From Candidatus Saccharicenans sp. (GTDB taxonomy: Bacteria > Acidobacteriota > Aminicenantia > Aminicenantales > Saccharicenantaceae): DNA of 64,000 nucleotides. Both the position numbers and the translations under genes were made by a program. The DNA is taken from NCBI GenBank assembly GCA_024653215.1, contig JANLFU010000004.1, positions 29,574-93,573 of the forward strand, read 5' to 3'. Under the pieces are notes generated by a model, which did no database searches, had not been told where the DNA came from, and worked only from the letters and a program-made list of their open reading frames with translations. Positions 10,109 to 20,924 of the stretch are shown here, in pieces (the first letter of the stretch is position 1; every line of letters starts with the position of its first letter).

Positions 10109-11887
10109 ATGATTAACACCCTGTCCAGAGTTTTCCTTAACACCGAGAAAAACTACCGGAAAGAAGCCCTGATGCTGGTCAAGCGCGAGGGCAAGTACTG
10201 CCCGATTTCCACCGACGAATTTTCTCAACGGGTCAGGAATATTTCCGCCGGCTTGAGGGCTTTTGGCCTGAAGAGCGGTGACAAGCTGATCATTCTTTCC
10301 GAAAATCGCCCGGAATGGGTCATGGTTGACCTGGCCGCCATCTGCCTGGGAGCGGTTACCGTTCCGATTTACACCTCGCTGACCCCGCCCCAGATCAAGT
10401 ACATCATCAACGATTCCGAGGCCAGGTTCGTGGTCTGCTCCAACCCGGAAATGTGGTCCAGGCTGGAGGCCATAAAAACAGAATTGCCGCTGGTTGATAA
10501 ATACATCATGATTGAAGACCTGGTCCCGGCCGGGGTGCTGACCCTGCGGGAAGTGGAGAAAGAAGGGGAGAAACTGAACCGGCAGAACCCCGGTGAATTC
10601 GATAAAATCGCCGAGTCCATCGGACCCGATGACCTGGCCACCATCATCTACACTTCGGGCACAACCGGGGTGCCCAAGGGAGCCATGCTCAGCCATTACA
10701 ACCTGGTGAGCAACGTCCAGGCCCTGCGCTCGGTCATTGAATTTACGGATAAGGATACCGCCCTGTCCTTTCTGCCCCTGTCTCACGTCCTGGAAAGGAT
10801 GTGCACCTTCGCCTGGATTTATGTCGGGGCCACCATTGCCTACGCCGAAAGCGTGGACACGGTTGCCCAGAACCTGGTCGAAGCCAGGCCGACCATCATG
10901 GTCAGCGTGCCCCGGCTGTTCGATAAATTTTACGCCCGGGTCATCGATAATGTTCTCAGCTCTTCCAATCTCAAGAAAAAGATTTTCTTCTGGGCCCTGA
11001 AGACCGGCCGGAAGTATGCCCAGAAAAAAATAAACAGGGAAAAAATATCGGGCTGGCTCAAGTTCAGGTACGGTTTGGCCTACAAGCTGGTCTTTTCCAA
11101 GATAGTGGAAAAGACCGGTGGCCGGGTCCGGTTTTTTGTCTCGGGCGGAGCCCCGCTGTCGCGCGACATCGCCGAGTTTTTCTATGCCATGGGCATCCTG
11201 GTGATTGAAGGCTACGGGCTGACCGAGACCTCGCCGGTCATCGCCGTCAACCGCCTGGAAGATTTCCGCTTCGGCTCGGTCGGCAAGATCCTGCCGGAGG
11301 TGGAGGTCAAGATCGCCGCGGACGGAGAAATCTGGGCCCGCGGTCCGAACGTGATGAAAGGCTACTTCAAGAAGGAAGCCGAGACCAGGGAGGCCTTTGA
11401 AGACGGCTGGTTCAAGACCGGGGACATCGGCTATCTGGACAAGGACGGCTACCTGGTGATTACCGACCGAAAAAAAGACATCCTGGTGACTGCCGGGGGC
11501 AAGAACGTGGCCCCGCAGCCGATTGAGAACACCTTAAAGTCCAGCCCCTACATCGCCAACGCCGTGGTGGTAGGGAACCACCGCAAGTTTGTCTCGGCCC
11601 TGATTGTTCCCGATTTTGACAAGCTGGAAATCTGGGCCAGGGAGAATAACGTAGCCTTTGGCGACCGGAAAGAGCTGATAGCCAGGCCAGAAGTTTATGA
11701 ATTTTACATGCAGGAAATTGACCGGTTAACGCCGCACCTGGCTTCTTACGAGAAAATCAAGAAGATTGCCCTGCTGGACAAGGACTTCGAGATAGAAGCC
11801 GGAGAATTGACCCCGACCCTTAAGGTCCGCCGAAAAATAGTGGAAGAAAAATATAAAGACCTGATAGACCATATGTATGCCGAGTAA
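10109..11887 (+). CDS. fadD: Long-chain-fatty-acid--CoA ligase
   Basis: YTSGTTGVPKG, EGYGLTETSP, WFKTGDIG, DRKKD motifs. Confidence 0.9.
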   Translation: MINTLSRVFLNTEKNYRKEALMLVKREGKYCPISTDEFSQRVRNISAGLRAFGLKSGDKLIILSENRPEWVMVDLAAICLGAVTVPIYTSLTPPQIKYIINDSEARFVVCSNPEMWSRLEAIKTELPLVDKYIMIEDLVPAGVLTLREVEKEGEKLNRQNPGEFDKIAESIGPDDLATIIYTSGTTGVPKGAMLSHYNLVSNVQALRSVIEFTDKDTALSFLPLSHVLERMCTFAWIYVGATIAYAESVDTVAQNLVEARPTIMVSVPRLFDKFYARVIDNVLSSSNLKKKIFFWALKTGRKYAQKKINREKISGWLKFRYGLAYKLVFSKIVEKTGGRVRFFVSGGAPLSRDIAEFFYAMGILVIEGYGLTETSPVIAVNRLEDFRFGSVGKILPEVEVKIAADGEIWARGPNVMKGYFKKEAETREAFEDGWFKTGDIGYLDKDGYLVITDRKKDILVTAGGKNVAPQPIENTLKSSPYIANAVVVGNHRKFVSALIVPDFDKLEIWARENNVAFGDRKELIARPEVYEFYMQEIDRLTPHLASYEKIKKIALLDKDFEIEAGELTPTLKVRRKIVEEKYKDLIDHMYAE

Positions 11888-12002
11888 ACCTTCCGGCCTC
11901 TCGAAATATCAGGCTGCCCCGGTGGGAAAAAATCATTTCCGGCTGCGTCTTTTTCAATAAACACTGACCCGCTCATCGATTTTTTCCATTTCTGACCGGA
12001 GC

Positions 12003-12788
12003 GTGATCATGTCCGAGCTGGAACAGGCGGTCAAGGCCGCCTACCAAGGACACCGCCAGAGATTAAGAGAAAAATTCCTGAAAGGGGGGCTGGCCGGCTT
12101 CCTGGATTACGAAATCGTGGAATTGCTCCTGACCCTGGGCACCCCGCGCCGGGACTGCCGGGAGGCGGCCCGTCTGGCCCTTAAAGAGTTCCGGACCTTC
12201 CGGGCGGTCATGGAAGCCGACCCGCTTGAGCTCCAGAAAATAAAGGGGATTGGACCAAAAAATATCTTCGGCCTGAAACTGGTCCACGAAGTGGCCAGGC
12301 GCTATCTCAAGGACTGCATTATCAAGCGGCCGGTCTGCAAGTCTTCCCGGGAAGTCTTTGACTATCTCTATTACAGCCTGCGCGACCTCCGGATTGAAGT
12401 CTTCAAGGTGCTGTTCCTGAATACCAAGAACCAGGTCCTGGAGGAGAAAACCCTGTTCGAGGGAACGGTTGATTCCAGCGCCGTCTATCCCCGGGAGGTC
12501 ATCAAGCAGGCCCTGAAATACGAGGCCTCCAGCCTGATATTCGTCCACAACCACCCTTCGGGCGACCCGGAACCTTCAAGCTGCGACCGGGACATCACCC
12601 GCGACCTGGTCTTTGCCTGCGCCGTGATGCAGATCAGGGTGCTGGACCATATCATCATCGGCAACAATTGCTACTACAGCTTTGCCGACGAGGGACTGAT
12701 TGAAAAATACCAGTCTCATTTTTACAGCGTCAACTTCTGCCGCCAGCCGGCGAAAAAGTGGTTGCACAAAAGAAAGAGTTCTGGTTAA
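12003..12788 (+). CDS. radC: RadC family JAB-domain protein
   Basis: GHRQRLREKF, HhH IKGIGP, HNHPSGDPEPS and LDHII motifs. Confidence 0.92.
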   Translation: MIMSELEQAVKAAYQGHRQRLREKFLKGGLAGFLDYEIVELLLTLGTPRRDCREAARLALKEFRTFRAVMEADPLELQKIKGIGPKNIFGLKLVHEVARRYLKDCIIKRPVCKSSREVFDYLYYSLRDLRIEVFKVLFLNTKNQVLEEKTLFEGTVDSSAVYPREVIKQALKYEASSLIFVHNHPSGDPEPSSCDRDITRDLVFACAVMQIRVLDHIIIGNNCYYSFADEGLIEKYQSHFYSVNFCRQPAKKWLHKRKSSG

Positions 12789-12812
12789 ATGCTGGGAAGG
12801 GAGGTTTGCGTC

Positions 12813-14444
12813 ATGAAGCCAATTAATGAAATCGCTGCCAGACTGGGAATACCCGAGGATAAACTGGAACTCTATGGCCGTTACAAGGCCAAGATTGATT
12901 ATCAACCCCTTCTTTCGGATAAAAAGGGCCGGCTGATCATGGTTACGGCCATGACCCCAACCCCGGCCGGGGAGGGCAAGACCACCACGGCCATCGGCCT
13001 GGCCGATGCCCTGAACCGGCTGGGAAAGAAAGTCTGCGTGACCCTGCGCGAGCCGTCGCTGGGGCCGGTCTTTGGAATTAAAGGTGGAGCCACCGGCGGC
13101 GGCAAGGCCATGGTCGTGCCCCGGGAGGAGATCAACCTCCATTTCACGGGAGATATTCATGCGGTCACTTCAGCCCACAACCTGCTGGCGGCCATGGTTG
13201 ATAACCGGGTTCACTTTGACGGGCCGACCGGGTTGCTCGACGGCCGGACCGTGACCTGGAAAAGGGTGCTGGACATGAACGACCGCTCCCTGCGCCAGGT
13301 GATAATCGGGCTGGACGACACCTTCCAGACCTTCGCCCGGGAAACCGGGTTTGACATAACCGCCGCTTCCGAGATCATGGCCATACTCTGCCTGTCGTCC
13401 GACCTCAAGGACCTGAAGAGGAGGGTGGGGAACGTGCTTATCGGGTTTTCCGTTGACGGCAAGCCGGTCTTTGCCCGGGACATCAAGGCCGACGGGGCCA
13501 TGACCGCCCTGCTCAAGGACGCCATCAAGCCCAACCTGGTCCAGACCCTGGAGGGCACCCCGGCCATAATTCATGGCGGCCCGTTTGCCAACATCGCCCA
13601 CGGCACCAACTCGGTGGTGGCCACCGGCCTGGCCCTGAGCCTGGCCGATTACGTGGTGACCGAGACCGGCTTTGCTTCCGACCTCGGGGCGGAAAAGTTC
13701 TTTGACATCGTGGTCCGCACCGGGCAGGTGCCGCCGCCGGCCGTCACCGTCCTGGTTTCAACCCTGAGAGCCCTCAAGTACCATGGCGGGATGAAGCTCG
13801 ACGAGCTGGGCAAGGAGAATCCGCAGGCGGTGGAAGCCGGGTTTGACAACCTCAGGAAACACATCGAGAACATGAAAATATTCGGAACGCCCTTCGTGGT
13901 GGTCCTGAACCTCTTCCCGGCCGACCATGCCACCGAGATCGATACCTGGATCAAGCTGGTCAGGGCGGAAGGCGCCCGCTATGCCCTGAGCGATGTCTAT
14001 AACAAGGGCGGTGAAGGTGGCCTGGAGCTGGCCGAGGCGGTGATGAAGGCCATTGACGAGGACAAGAACAATTTTAATTTCCTGTACCCGCTGGACATTC
14101 CCATCGCCCAGAAAGTGGAAACGATTGCCAGGAAGATTTATGGGGCCGACGGCATAAAGATTGAGCCGGCTGCCAAGAAAAAGATGGAGCTGTACGAAAA
14201 AATCGGTTTCGGGCAGACCCCGGTCTGCGTGGCCAAGACCCAGTCGTCGCTGTCCGACGACTCCAAGAAGCTGGGCCGGCCGCGGGGCTGGACCCTGACC
14301 GTGACCAACGCTTCGCTCAGCGCCGGGGCCGGTTTTGTGGTTCTGCTGTGCGGTGATATAATGACCATGCCCGGTCTGCCCAAGTCCCCCCAGGCCGAGA
14401 AAATTGATGTCGATGACGAGGGCAAAATCACAGGGATGATTTGA
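12813..14444 (+). CDS. fhs: Formate--tetrahydrofolate ligase
   Basis: TPTPAGEGKTT, IKGGATGGG, HGGPFANIAHG, MTMPGLP. Confidence 0.97.
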   Translation: MKPINEIAARLGIPEDKLELYGRYKAKIDYQPLLSDKKGRLIMVTAMTPTPAGEGKTTTAIGLADALNRLGKKVCVTLREPSLGPVFGIKGGATGGGKAMVVPREEINLHFTGDIHAVTSAHNLLAAMVDNRVHFDGPTGLLDGRTVTWKRVLDMNDRSLRQVIIGLDDTFQTFARETGFDITAASEIMAILCLSSDLKDLKRRVGNVLIGFSVDGKPVFARDIKADGAMTALLKDAIKPNLVQTLEGTPAIIHGGPFANIAHGTNSVVATGLALSLADYVVTETGFASDLGAEKFFDIVVRTGQVPPPAVTVLVSTLRALKYHGGMKLDELGKENPQAVEAGFDNLRKHIENMKIFGTPFVVVLNLFPADHATEIDTWIKLVRAEGARYALSDVYNKGGEGGLELAEAVMKAIDEDKNNFNFLYPLDIPIAQKVETIARKIYGADGIKIEPAAKKKMELYEKIGFGQTPVCVAKTQSSLSDDSKKLGRPRGWTLTVTNASLSAGAGFVVLLCGDIMTMPGLPKSPQAEKIDVDDEGKITGMI

Positions 14445-14530
14445 GTCTATAAGAACGGGCTGTTCAGGGCGAGAGATTTTACCGAACGGCTGGAGGTTCG
14501 ATCCAGCGGTTGAATAGATCGGAGGCAAGG

Positions 14531-15577
14531 ATGAAACCGGACGAAACCGAACAGAAACAGGCTTCCCGGGGCAAGGCCCTGGATGCGGCCCTGAGCCAGA
14601 TTGAAAAACAATTCGGCAAGGGCGCGGTCATGAAACTCGGCCAGAAGGAGGCCGCGGTCAAGGCCGAGGTCATTCCCACCGGTTCGATTTCTTTTGACCT
14701 GAGCCTGGGGATAGGCGGGTTCCCGCGGGGACGGGTGGTGGAGATTTTCGGGCCGGAAGCCACCGGCAAGACCACGCTGGCCCTTCATGTCATTGCCGAG
14801 GCCCAGCGGCGGGGCGGGCAGGCGGCTTTCATCGACGCCGAGCATGCCCTTGACCCGCAGTATGCTTCCAAGGTGGGGATAAATGTCGACGAGCTGTTGA
14901 TTTCCCAGCCAGATTACGGCGAACAGGCCCTGGAAATCGCCGAGGTGCTGGTCAGAAGCGGAGCGGTTGATGTCATCGTGGTCGACTCGGTGGCCGCCCT
15001 GGTGCCCAAGGCCGAGCTGGAAGGCGAGATGGGCGATGCCCACATGGGCCTCCAGGCCAGGCTGATGTCGCAGGCCCTGCGCAAGCTCACGGCCATAGTC
15101 AGCAAGTCCAAGACCTGCTTTATTTTTATCAACCAGATCAGGGAAAAAATCGGGGTGTTTGTTGGCTCGCCGGAAACCACCACCGGTGGCCGGGCCCTCA
15201 AGTTTTATGCTTCCATGCGCATCGATGTCCGCAAGCTGGCCACCCTGAAGGAAGGCGAGGAAGTGGTCGGCAGCCGGGTCAAGGTAAAAATCGTCAAGAA
15301 CAAGCTGGCCCCGCCCTTCCGGGAAGCCCAGTTCGATATCATTTTCGGCGAAGGTATATCCCGCGAGGGCGACCTGGTTGACTCCGGGCTCCAGTACGGT
15401 ATCCTGGAAAAGACCGGCACCTGGTATTCATACAAGGGGGAAAGGCTCGGCCAGGGAAGGGAAAACGTCAAGAAGCTGCTGAAAGAAAACAAGGAGCTGG
15501 CCGACCAGATCGACCTGGAAATCAGGAGAAAGGTCGGGCTGCTGCCCGAGGCCGAAGAAGAGGGTAAGAAAAAGTAG
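14531..15577 (+). CDS. recA: Recombinase A
   Basis: GPEATGKTT Walker [34 protein letters not shown]. Confidence 0.99.
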   Translation: MKPDETEQKQASRGKALDAALSQIEKQFGKGAVMKLGQKEAAVKAEVIPTGSISFDLSLGIGGFPRGRVVEIFGPEATGKTTLALHVIAEAQRRGGQAAFIDAEHALDPQYASKVGINVDELLISQPDYGEQALEIAEVLVRSGAVDVIVVDSVAALVPKAELEGEMGDAHMGLQARLMSQALRKLTAIVSKSKTCFIFINQIREKIGVFVGSPETTTGGRALKFYASMRIDVRKLATLKEGEEVVGSRVKVKIVKNKLAPPFREAQFDIIFGEGISREGDLVDSGLQYGILEKTGTWYSYKGERLGQGRENVKKLLKENKELADQIDLEIRRKVGLLPEAEEEGKKK

Positions 15578-15604
15578 GTTGCCGAAGTCCACTGAAAATT
15601 TTGG

Positions 15605-15612
15605 TGTATAAT
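15605..15612 (+). promoter_or_regulatory. -10 box (TATAAT at 15607-15612) upstream of sod
   Basis: Perfect TATAAT in the short recA-sod intergenic region. Confidence 0.5.
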
Positions 15613-15736
15613 AAATAAGTAAGTGGGAGGGACCACCCTGAAAAGACGGAGTTTTCTCTATCTGGCTGGAGCCCTGGGCCTTTTTTCCCGGGCTCCGTTT
15701 AAGATTCTGGGAAAAGTAAAAGAAGGAGGCAAGACC

Positions 15737-16315
15737 ATGACTTACCAGGCCAAAGATTATTCCGGGTTGCTGGGCATGCCGGGCTTCAGCGAAACCCTGC
15801 TCAAGAACCATTTCACCCTGTACCAGGGCTATGTCAACAACACCAACAAGCTGCTGGAGACCATAGCCCAGATGGTCAAGGACGGCAAGGCGGGAACGCC
15901 AGAGTTTGCCGAGCTGAAAAGAAGGCTGGGCTGGGAATGGAACGGGATGAGACTGCACGAATACTATTTTGAGAACCTGGGCGGGAAAGAAGCCCTGGCC
16001 CCTGGCAGCAAGCTCTACCAGAAGCTCGTTGAGAATTTTGGGAGCTTCGAACTCTGGGAAAAGGAGTTCAAGGCCACCGGCACCATGAGGGGCATCGGCT
16101 GGGTGGGCCTGTACCAGGACCTGCAGAGCGGTCGCCTGCTCAACTTCTGGATAAACGAGCATGATGTCGGCCATCCGGCTGGCTGCCAGTTGCTGCTCAT
16201 CATGGATGTGTTTGAGCACGCTTTTATCACCGATTACGGGTTGAAGCGGGCCGATTACATCGAGGCTTTCTTCAAGAACCTCAACTGGAAAGCGGTGGAG
16301 AGCCGTCTGAAGTAA
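15737..16315 (+). CDS. sod: Fe/Mn superoxide dismutase (possible longer Tat-signal isoform from 15638)
   Basis: NHFTLYQGYV, LHEYYF, MDVFEHAF metal ligands; GGAGG RBS 7 nt before ATG 15737. Confidence 0.88.
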   Translation: MTYQAKDYSGLLGMPGFSETLLKNHFTLYQGYVNNTNKLLETIAQMVKDGKAGTPEFAELKRRLGWEWNGMRLHEYYFENLGGKEALAPGSKLYQKLVENFGSFELWEKEFKATGTMRGIGWVGLYQDLQSGRLLNFWINEHDVGHPAGCQLLLIMDVFEHAFITDYGLKRADYIEAFFKNLNWKAVESRLK

Positions 16316-16508
16316 GTTTCCCCTTCGGGCGATCAGGCCGCGGGTTTTTTCTGAAAAAGCGGATTAATATCCGGGCGTCTTACCCTTATGTCCGGTATTT
16401 GCCTTAATCATAATTTCCCTATAGTATTATTCACGGAATTAAGGCCGGTCTATCATTCCTTCATTAACTTTGAGGAAATCTACATATAGCCGGCCGAGGA
16501 GGGTTCGG

Positions 16509-17147
16509 ATGAATCCAGGGAAACTTTTCAAGAATATCAAGCGGCAGATTTTCCGCGGGTTCCTGGCCCTGATCCCGCTTTACCTGAGCTACCTGGTCAT
16601 AAGGTTCCTTTATGTCAATGTTGACCAGAAGTTTGCCTCGCTCATAGAAAGCCGCCTGGGGTTCCGGCTGCCCGGCCTGGGCCTGGCCCTGATCCTGGTC
16701 CTGCTCTACCTTCTGGGGTGGCTGGCTTCCAACTGGGCGGGGCGGCGCCTGCTGGGCCTGGTGGAAAAGGTCATGGAGAAAATCCCGCTGATCAAGACCG
16801 TCTACAGCCTGGGCAAGCAACTGGGACTGGCCCTGGCCCTTCCCGAAAAGCAAGTTTTTCAGCAGGTGGCCCTGGTCGAGCAATTCCGGCCCGGGTTGTG
16901 GTCCATAGGCTTTGTCACCGGTCGCATCAGGGATGGGCGAACCGGCGAGAACCTGGTCAAGCTGTTCATCCCGACTGCTCCCAACGTGACCACCGGCTTT
17001 ACGGTTATCGTCAGTGAAAAAGATATCCGCCTTCTGCCCTGGACAGTGCAGGAAGCCATGAAGATGATTCTCTCCGGGGGAATTGTCGGGGCGGAAGAAC
17101 TCGAATATTCCCTGCCAGGGGAGGCTTCACTTAAAGCGGATCATTAA
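16509..17147 (+). CDS. DUF502 membrane protein
   Basis: GFLALIPL, KIPLIKTVY, LFIPTAPNVTTGF, EAMKMILSGG. Confidence 0.85.
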   Translation: MNPGKLFKNIKRQIFRGFLALIPLYLSYLVIRFLYVNVDQKFASLIESRLGFRLPGLGLALILVLLYLLGWLASNWAGRRLLGLVEKVMEKIPLIKTVYSLGKQLGLALALPEKQVFQQVALVEQFRPGLWSIGFVTGRIRDGRTGENLVKLFIPTAPNVTTGFTVIVSEKDIRLLPWTVQEAMKMILSGGIVGAEELEYSLPGEASLKADH

Positions 17148-17278
17148 TTTATGGGTAAAAATGCAGTTTGGTAATCCTGTTCTTTACCCGGGAAAACCCC
17201 AACCAATCACGGTCCTTCCAAACCATAACTTTTATTAATATAATTCGTATAAATTAAAAAACCGGAAAGGAGGTCCAG

Positions 17279-17997
<719 letters not shown>

Positions 17998-18001
<4 letters not shown>

Positions 18002-19281
18002 AAAAATTCAGCCATCTTTTGATAAAAGAAATCAAGGAACTGATCAACAAACAGCTGGTCATCTCCCTGGTTTTCATCCTGGTCATCTTTAACTTCATAG
18101 GCAACGTGACCAGGACCGAGATTAAAAAGGCCATGGCCAAGCAGAAAATTGCCGTGCTGGACCAGGATCAGTCAGAAATTTCCAGGAACATCATCGGCGC
18201 CCTGAACATGGCCAATTTCATAATTGAAGAAAAGACCGGGGAGAAGGAAAACGTCGTCCAGGAAATCAGGAACAGCAACCTGGACCTGCTGGTGGTCATA
18301 CCCCAGGGCTTCGGCCAGCTGGCCAGCAGCTTCCAGCCGGCCGAGGTGGAGACCTATTCCTTCCTGCGAGGCGTGTCCATTGCCGGCCGGAGCAAGAGCG
18401 AGGTGGTCAAGGCCCTGCTCAATTCCACCAACGAGTACCTGTCCAACCAGTACCTGAAGAAGAAAATTCCTGATGCCGACCCGAAATTGCTTAAAGCGCC
18501 CATCAAGAACCGGGAATTCGTGGTGGTCCGGGATAGGCAGGCCGAGGGTTCCAGTGGCTTGGTAATTGGTTCTCTTACAGCTCAAGGCTTCATCCTTCCC
18601 ATCATTCTTCTTTATATAGTTATCTGGTCTACTCAAATGGTTATTACCGCTATCGCTATGGAAAAACAGAACAAGACCTTAGAGACTCTGCTCACTGTTC
18701 CTATTTCCCGGGGCTCTATAGTAGCGGCTAAAATGCTATCTGCAGGACTTGTGGGGTTGTTAGCCGCAGGTATCTATATGGTAGGTTTTCGGAATTTTTT
18801 CAGTATTTCAAATATAGATGTTTCCAATGCCCTGGGCGGAGCGACCCCGATCTTAAAGCAGCTTGGCCTGACCATAAACACCCAGGGCTACATCCTGTTC
18901 GGAGTTTCGCTTTTCCTGACCATCCTCTTCGCCCTGGCCCTGGCCACCATCCTGGGTGTCCTGGCCGAGGATTACCGGACGGCCCAGAGCCTGACTATGC
19001 CAATAGTGTTCCTAGTGCTGGTTCCCTATTTCATCAGCCTGTTTGCTGACATCAACACCATGTCCCTTCCGGCCAAGATTTTGGTCCTGGCCATTCCCTT
19101 CTCCCATCCCTTCTTTGCCATGCAGAACATCATGTTCGGACACATGAACATGCTCTGGCTGGGCATTGCCTATAACTTCCTGTTCGTGGCGGTCATGCTG
19201 TGGTGGACGACCAGGATTTTTGCCACCGACCGGGTGCTGACCATGAAGCTCAAGTGGCGCAAGAAAAAGGTGGTGCTATAA
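17998..19281 (+). CDS. ABC-2 type permease (NatB-like)
   Basis: ATGA overlap with ATPase gene; EKQNKTLETLLTVPISR motif; multi-TM. Confidence 0.88.
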
Positions 19282-19595
19282 GGCCCGGGAACGGCGAAAT
19301 TAATCAGGATAATAGACCCGGCGGAGCCGCACCCTAAATTTTTGAATGATAAAAAGCGAGTGGAGTCTGTTTGTAAGCCAGAAGATTTTTAAATGTTAAG
19401 TAAATCAGCTCTGGAAAAACATGAGCGGGAATCCTTCGCTTCAAGCAACTGACCGCGCCTGACGGATGTCCTTATCGGCTCGCCCGATAAAATTTTGGGA
19501 ATCCATCACCGAAAATAAATAAATAAATTGACGGGAATCAGTCCCGTTGCTGCCGCAATATATGAATGGTCATTCATATATTATGGGTTGAGCTT

Positions 19596-20324
19596 CTAAC
19601 GGGGCCAGCCCACGGCCAGGAGGTAGATGGCCGATTCCCGGGCCGGGTTGACCCCGAGCAGGGAATTAATCTCATCGTCGAAGAAGGCCGCCACCGGGCA
19701 GGACCCGAGTCCCAGCGAGACCGCGGCCAGGGCGGCGTTCTGGGCCACGTGCCCGGCATCCAGGTAGATATAGCGGAAACCGCGGGCCCCGTACTTCCAG
19801 GTGGTCCTTTCAAAGACGGCGGTAAGCACCAGGACGAAGCTGGCCTCGGCCAGGAAATCCTGGTTAAGGGCGGCATCGGCCAGAAGCTCGCTGAAGTTGC
19901 CTTCGTATCGCTGGCGCAGCGACTGGTTGGCCGGCACAAAATGATACAGGCCCGGCGCCAGCCCTACCACCTCCCGGGCGAAAATATAAATATCAACGGG
20001 ATAGAGGGCCCCGGCCGAGGGAGCGGTCCTCAGCAAGAAATCTCCGGCCTTCAAGGTCACTCCGGCCGTGGCCCAGAGTACCTGGGACAGCGCTTCAAGA
20101 GAAACCGGCTTTTTCTGGTATTCGCGGACACTTCTCCTGGTGTTCATGGCCCTGAACAGCGGCCAGCCGTTTTCGCGGTCAGGCGCCGGAAGCGGAATTA
20201 CCCTGTCCACCAGCTTTTCCTTGAGCCTTTCTCTTTTTTTCTGGCGTTCCAGGGCCCCCGGGGAGTAAGGTTCCCTCTGGTATTTAGTTTCCAGCTGGAA
20301 TTGATGCCCGATACCCTCTCGCAT
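19596..20324 (-). CDS. SagB/ThcOx-type nitroreductase family protein
   Basis: RRSVREY, RTAPSAGALYP, YIYLDAGHVAQN. Confidence 0.9.
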   Translation of the reverse strand: MREGIGHQFQLETKYQREPYSPGALERQKKRERLKEKLVDRVIPLPAPDRENGWPLFRAMNTRRSVREYQKKPVSLEALSQVLWATAGVTLKAGDFLLRTAPSAGALYPVDIYIFAREVVGLAPGLYHFVPANQSLRQRYEGNFSELLADAALNQDFLAEASFVLVLTAVFERTTWKYGARGFRYIYLDAGHVAQNAALAAVSLGLGSCPVAAFFDDEINSLLGVNPARESAIYLLAVGWPR

Positions 20325-20459
20325 GGTCCTGCTCCTTAAAGCAAGCTATTTATTATCAATTATATAACAAATTCTCCGTCATCCTGACATTTTCTTTCGA
20401 GACTTTTCCCTTATTTATTTTGTCGCCAGGTTCTGAGAAAATAAGAAAAGGAGAGGAAA

Positions 20460-20924
20460 ATGACCCCTTTAACAATGAAGATGGGAAAAATAAAGCGTAT
20501 CGCCCTGGTGGCCCACGACAACAAGAAGCCCGACCTCCTGGAATGGGCCAGGTTCAACCGCGGCCTCCTGGAAAAGCATGAGCTCTGGGCCACCGGCACC
20601 ACCGGCTTGCTGCTGCAGAAAGAACTGGGCCTGGAAGTTAACGTCCTACAGAGCGGGCCGCTCGGCGGCGACCAGCAGGTCGGGGCCAGGATTGCCGAAG
20701 GGTTGATCGATTTCCTGATTTTTTTCTGGGACCCGCTGGAAGCCCAGCCCCACGACCCCGACGTCAAGGCCCTGCTCCGGATTGCCGTGGTCTGGAACAT
20801 ACCGGTGGCCTGCGACCGGGCCTCGGCTGACTTCATCATCTCCTCGCCGCTGATGAAGGAAGAATATGCCCGGCAGGTCCCCGATTACTCGGATTATCGC
20901 TCCCGGCGGCTCAAGCTGGATTAA
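20460..20924 (+). CDS. mgsA: Methylglyoxal synthase
   Basis: [32 protein letters not shown]. Confidence 0.97.
   Translation: MTPLTMKMGKIKRIALVAHDNKKPDLLEWARFNRGLLEKHELWATGTTGLLLQKELGLEVNVLQSGPLGGDQQVGARIAEGLIDFLIFFWDPLEAQPHDPDVKALLRIAVVWNIPVACDRASADFIISSPLMKEEYARQVPDYSDYRSRRLKLD

Noticed and set aside
12003..12788. radC as mobile-element marker
   Set aside because: Full-length HhH-containing form embedded in a housekeeping run with fhs and recA
14450..14502. GAAC...GTTC motifs upstream of recA as a LexA box
   Set aside because: Spacers are 5 and 8 nt, not matching GAAC-N4-GTTC; no equivalent seen before uvrA
19596..20324. SagB-like gene as part of a thiazole/oxazole RiPP cluster
   Set aside because: No YcaO or precursor nearby; stand-alone nitroreductase is more likely
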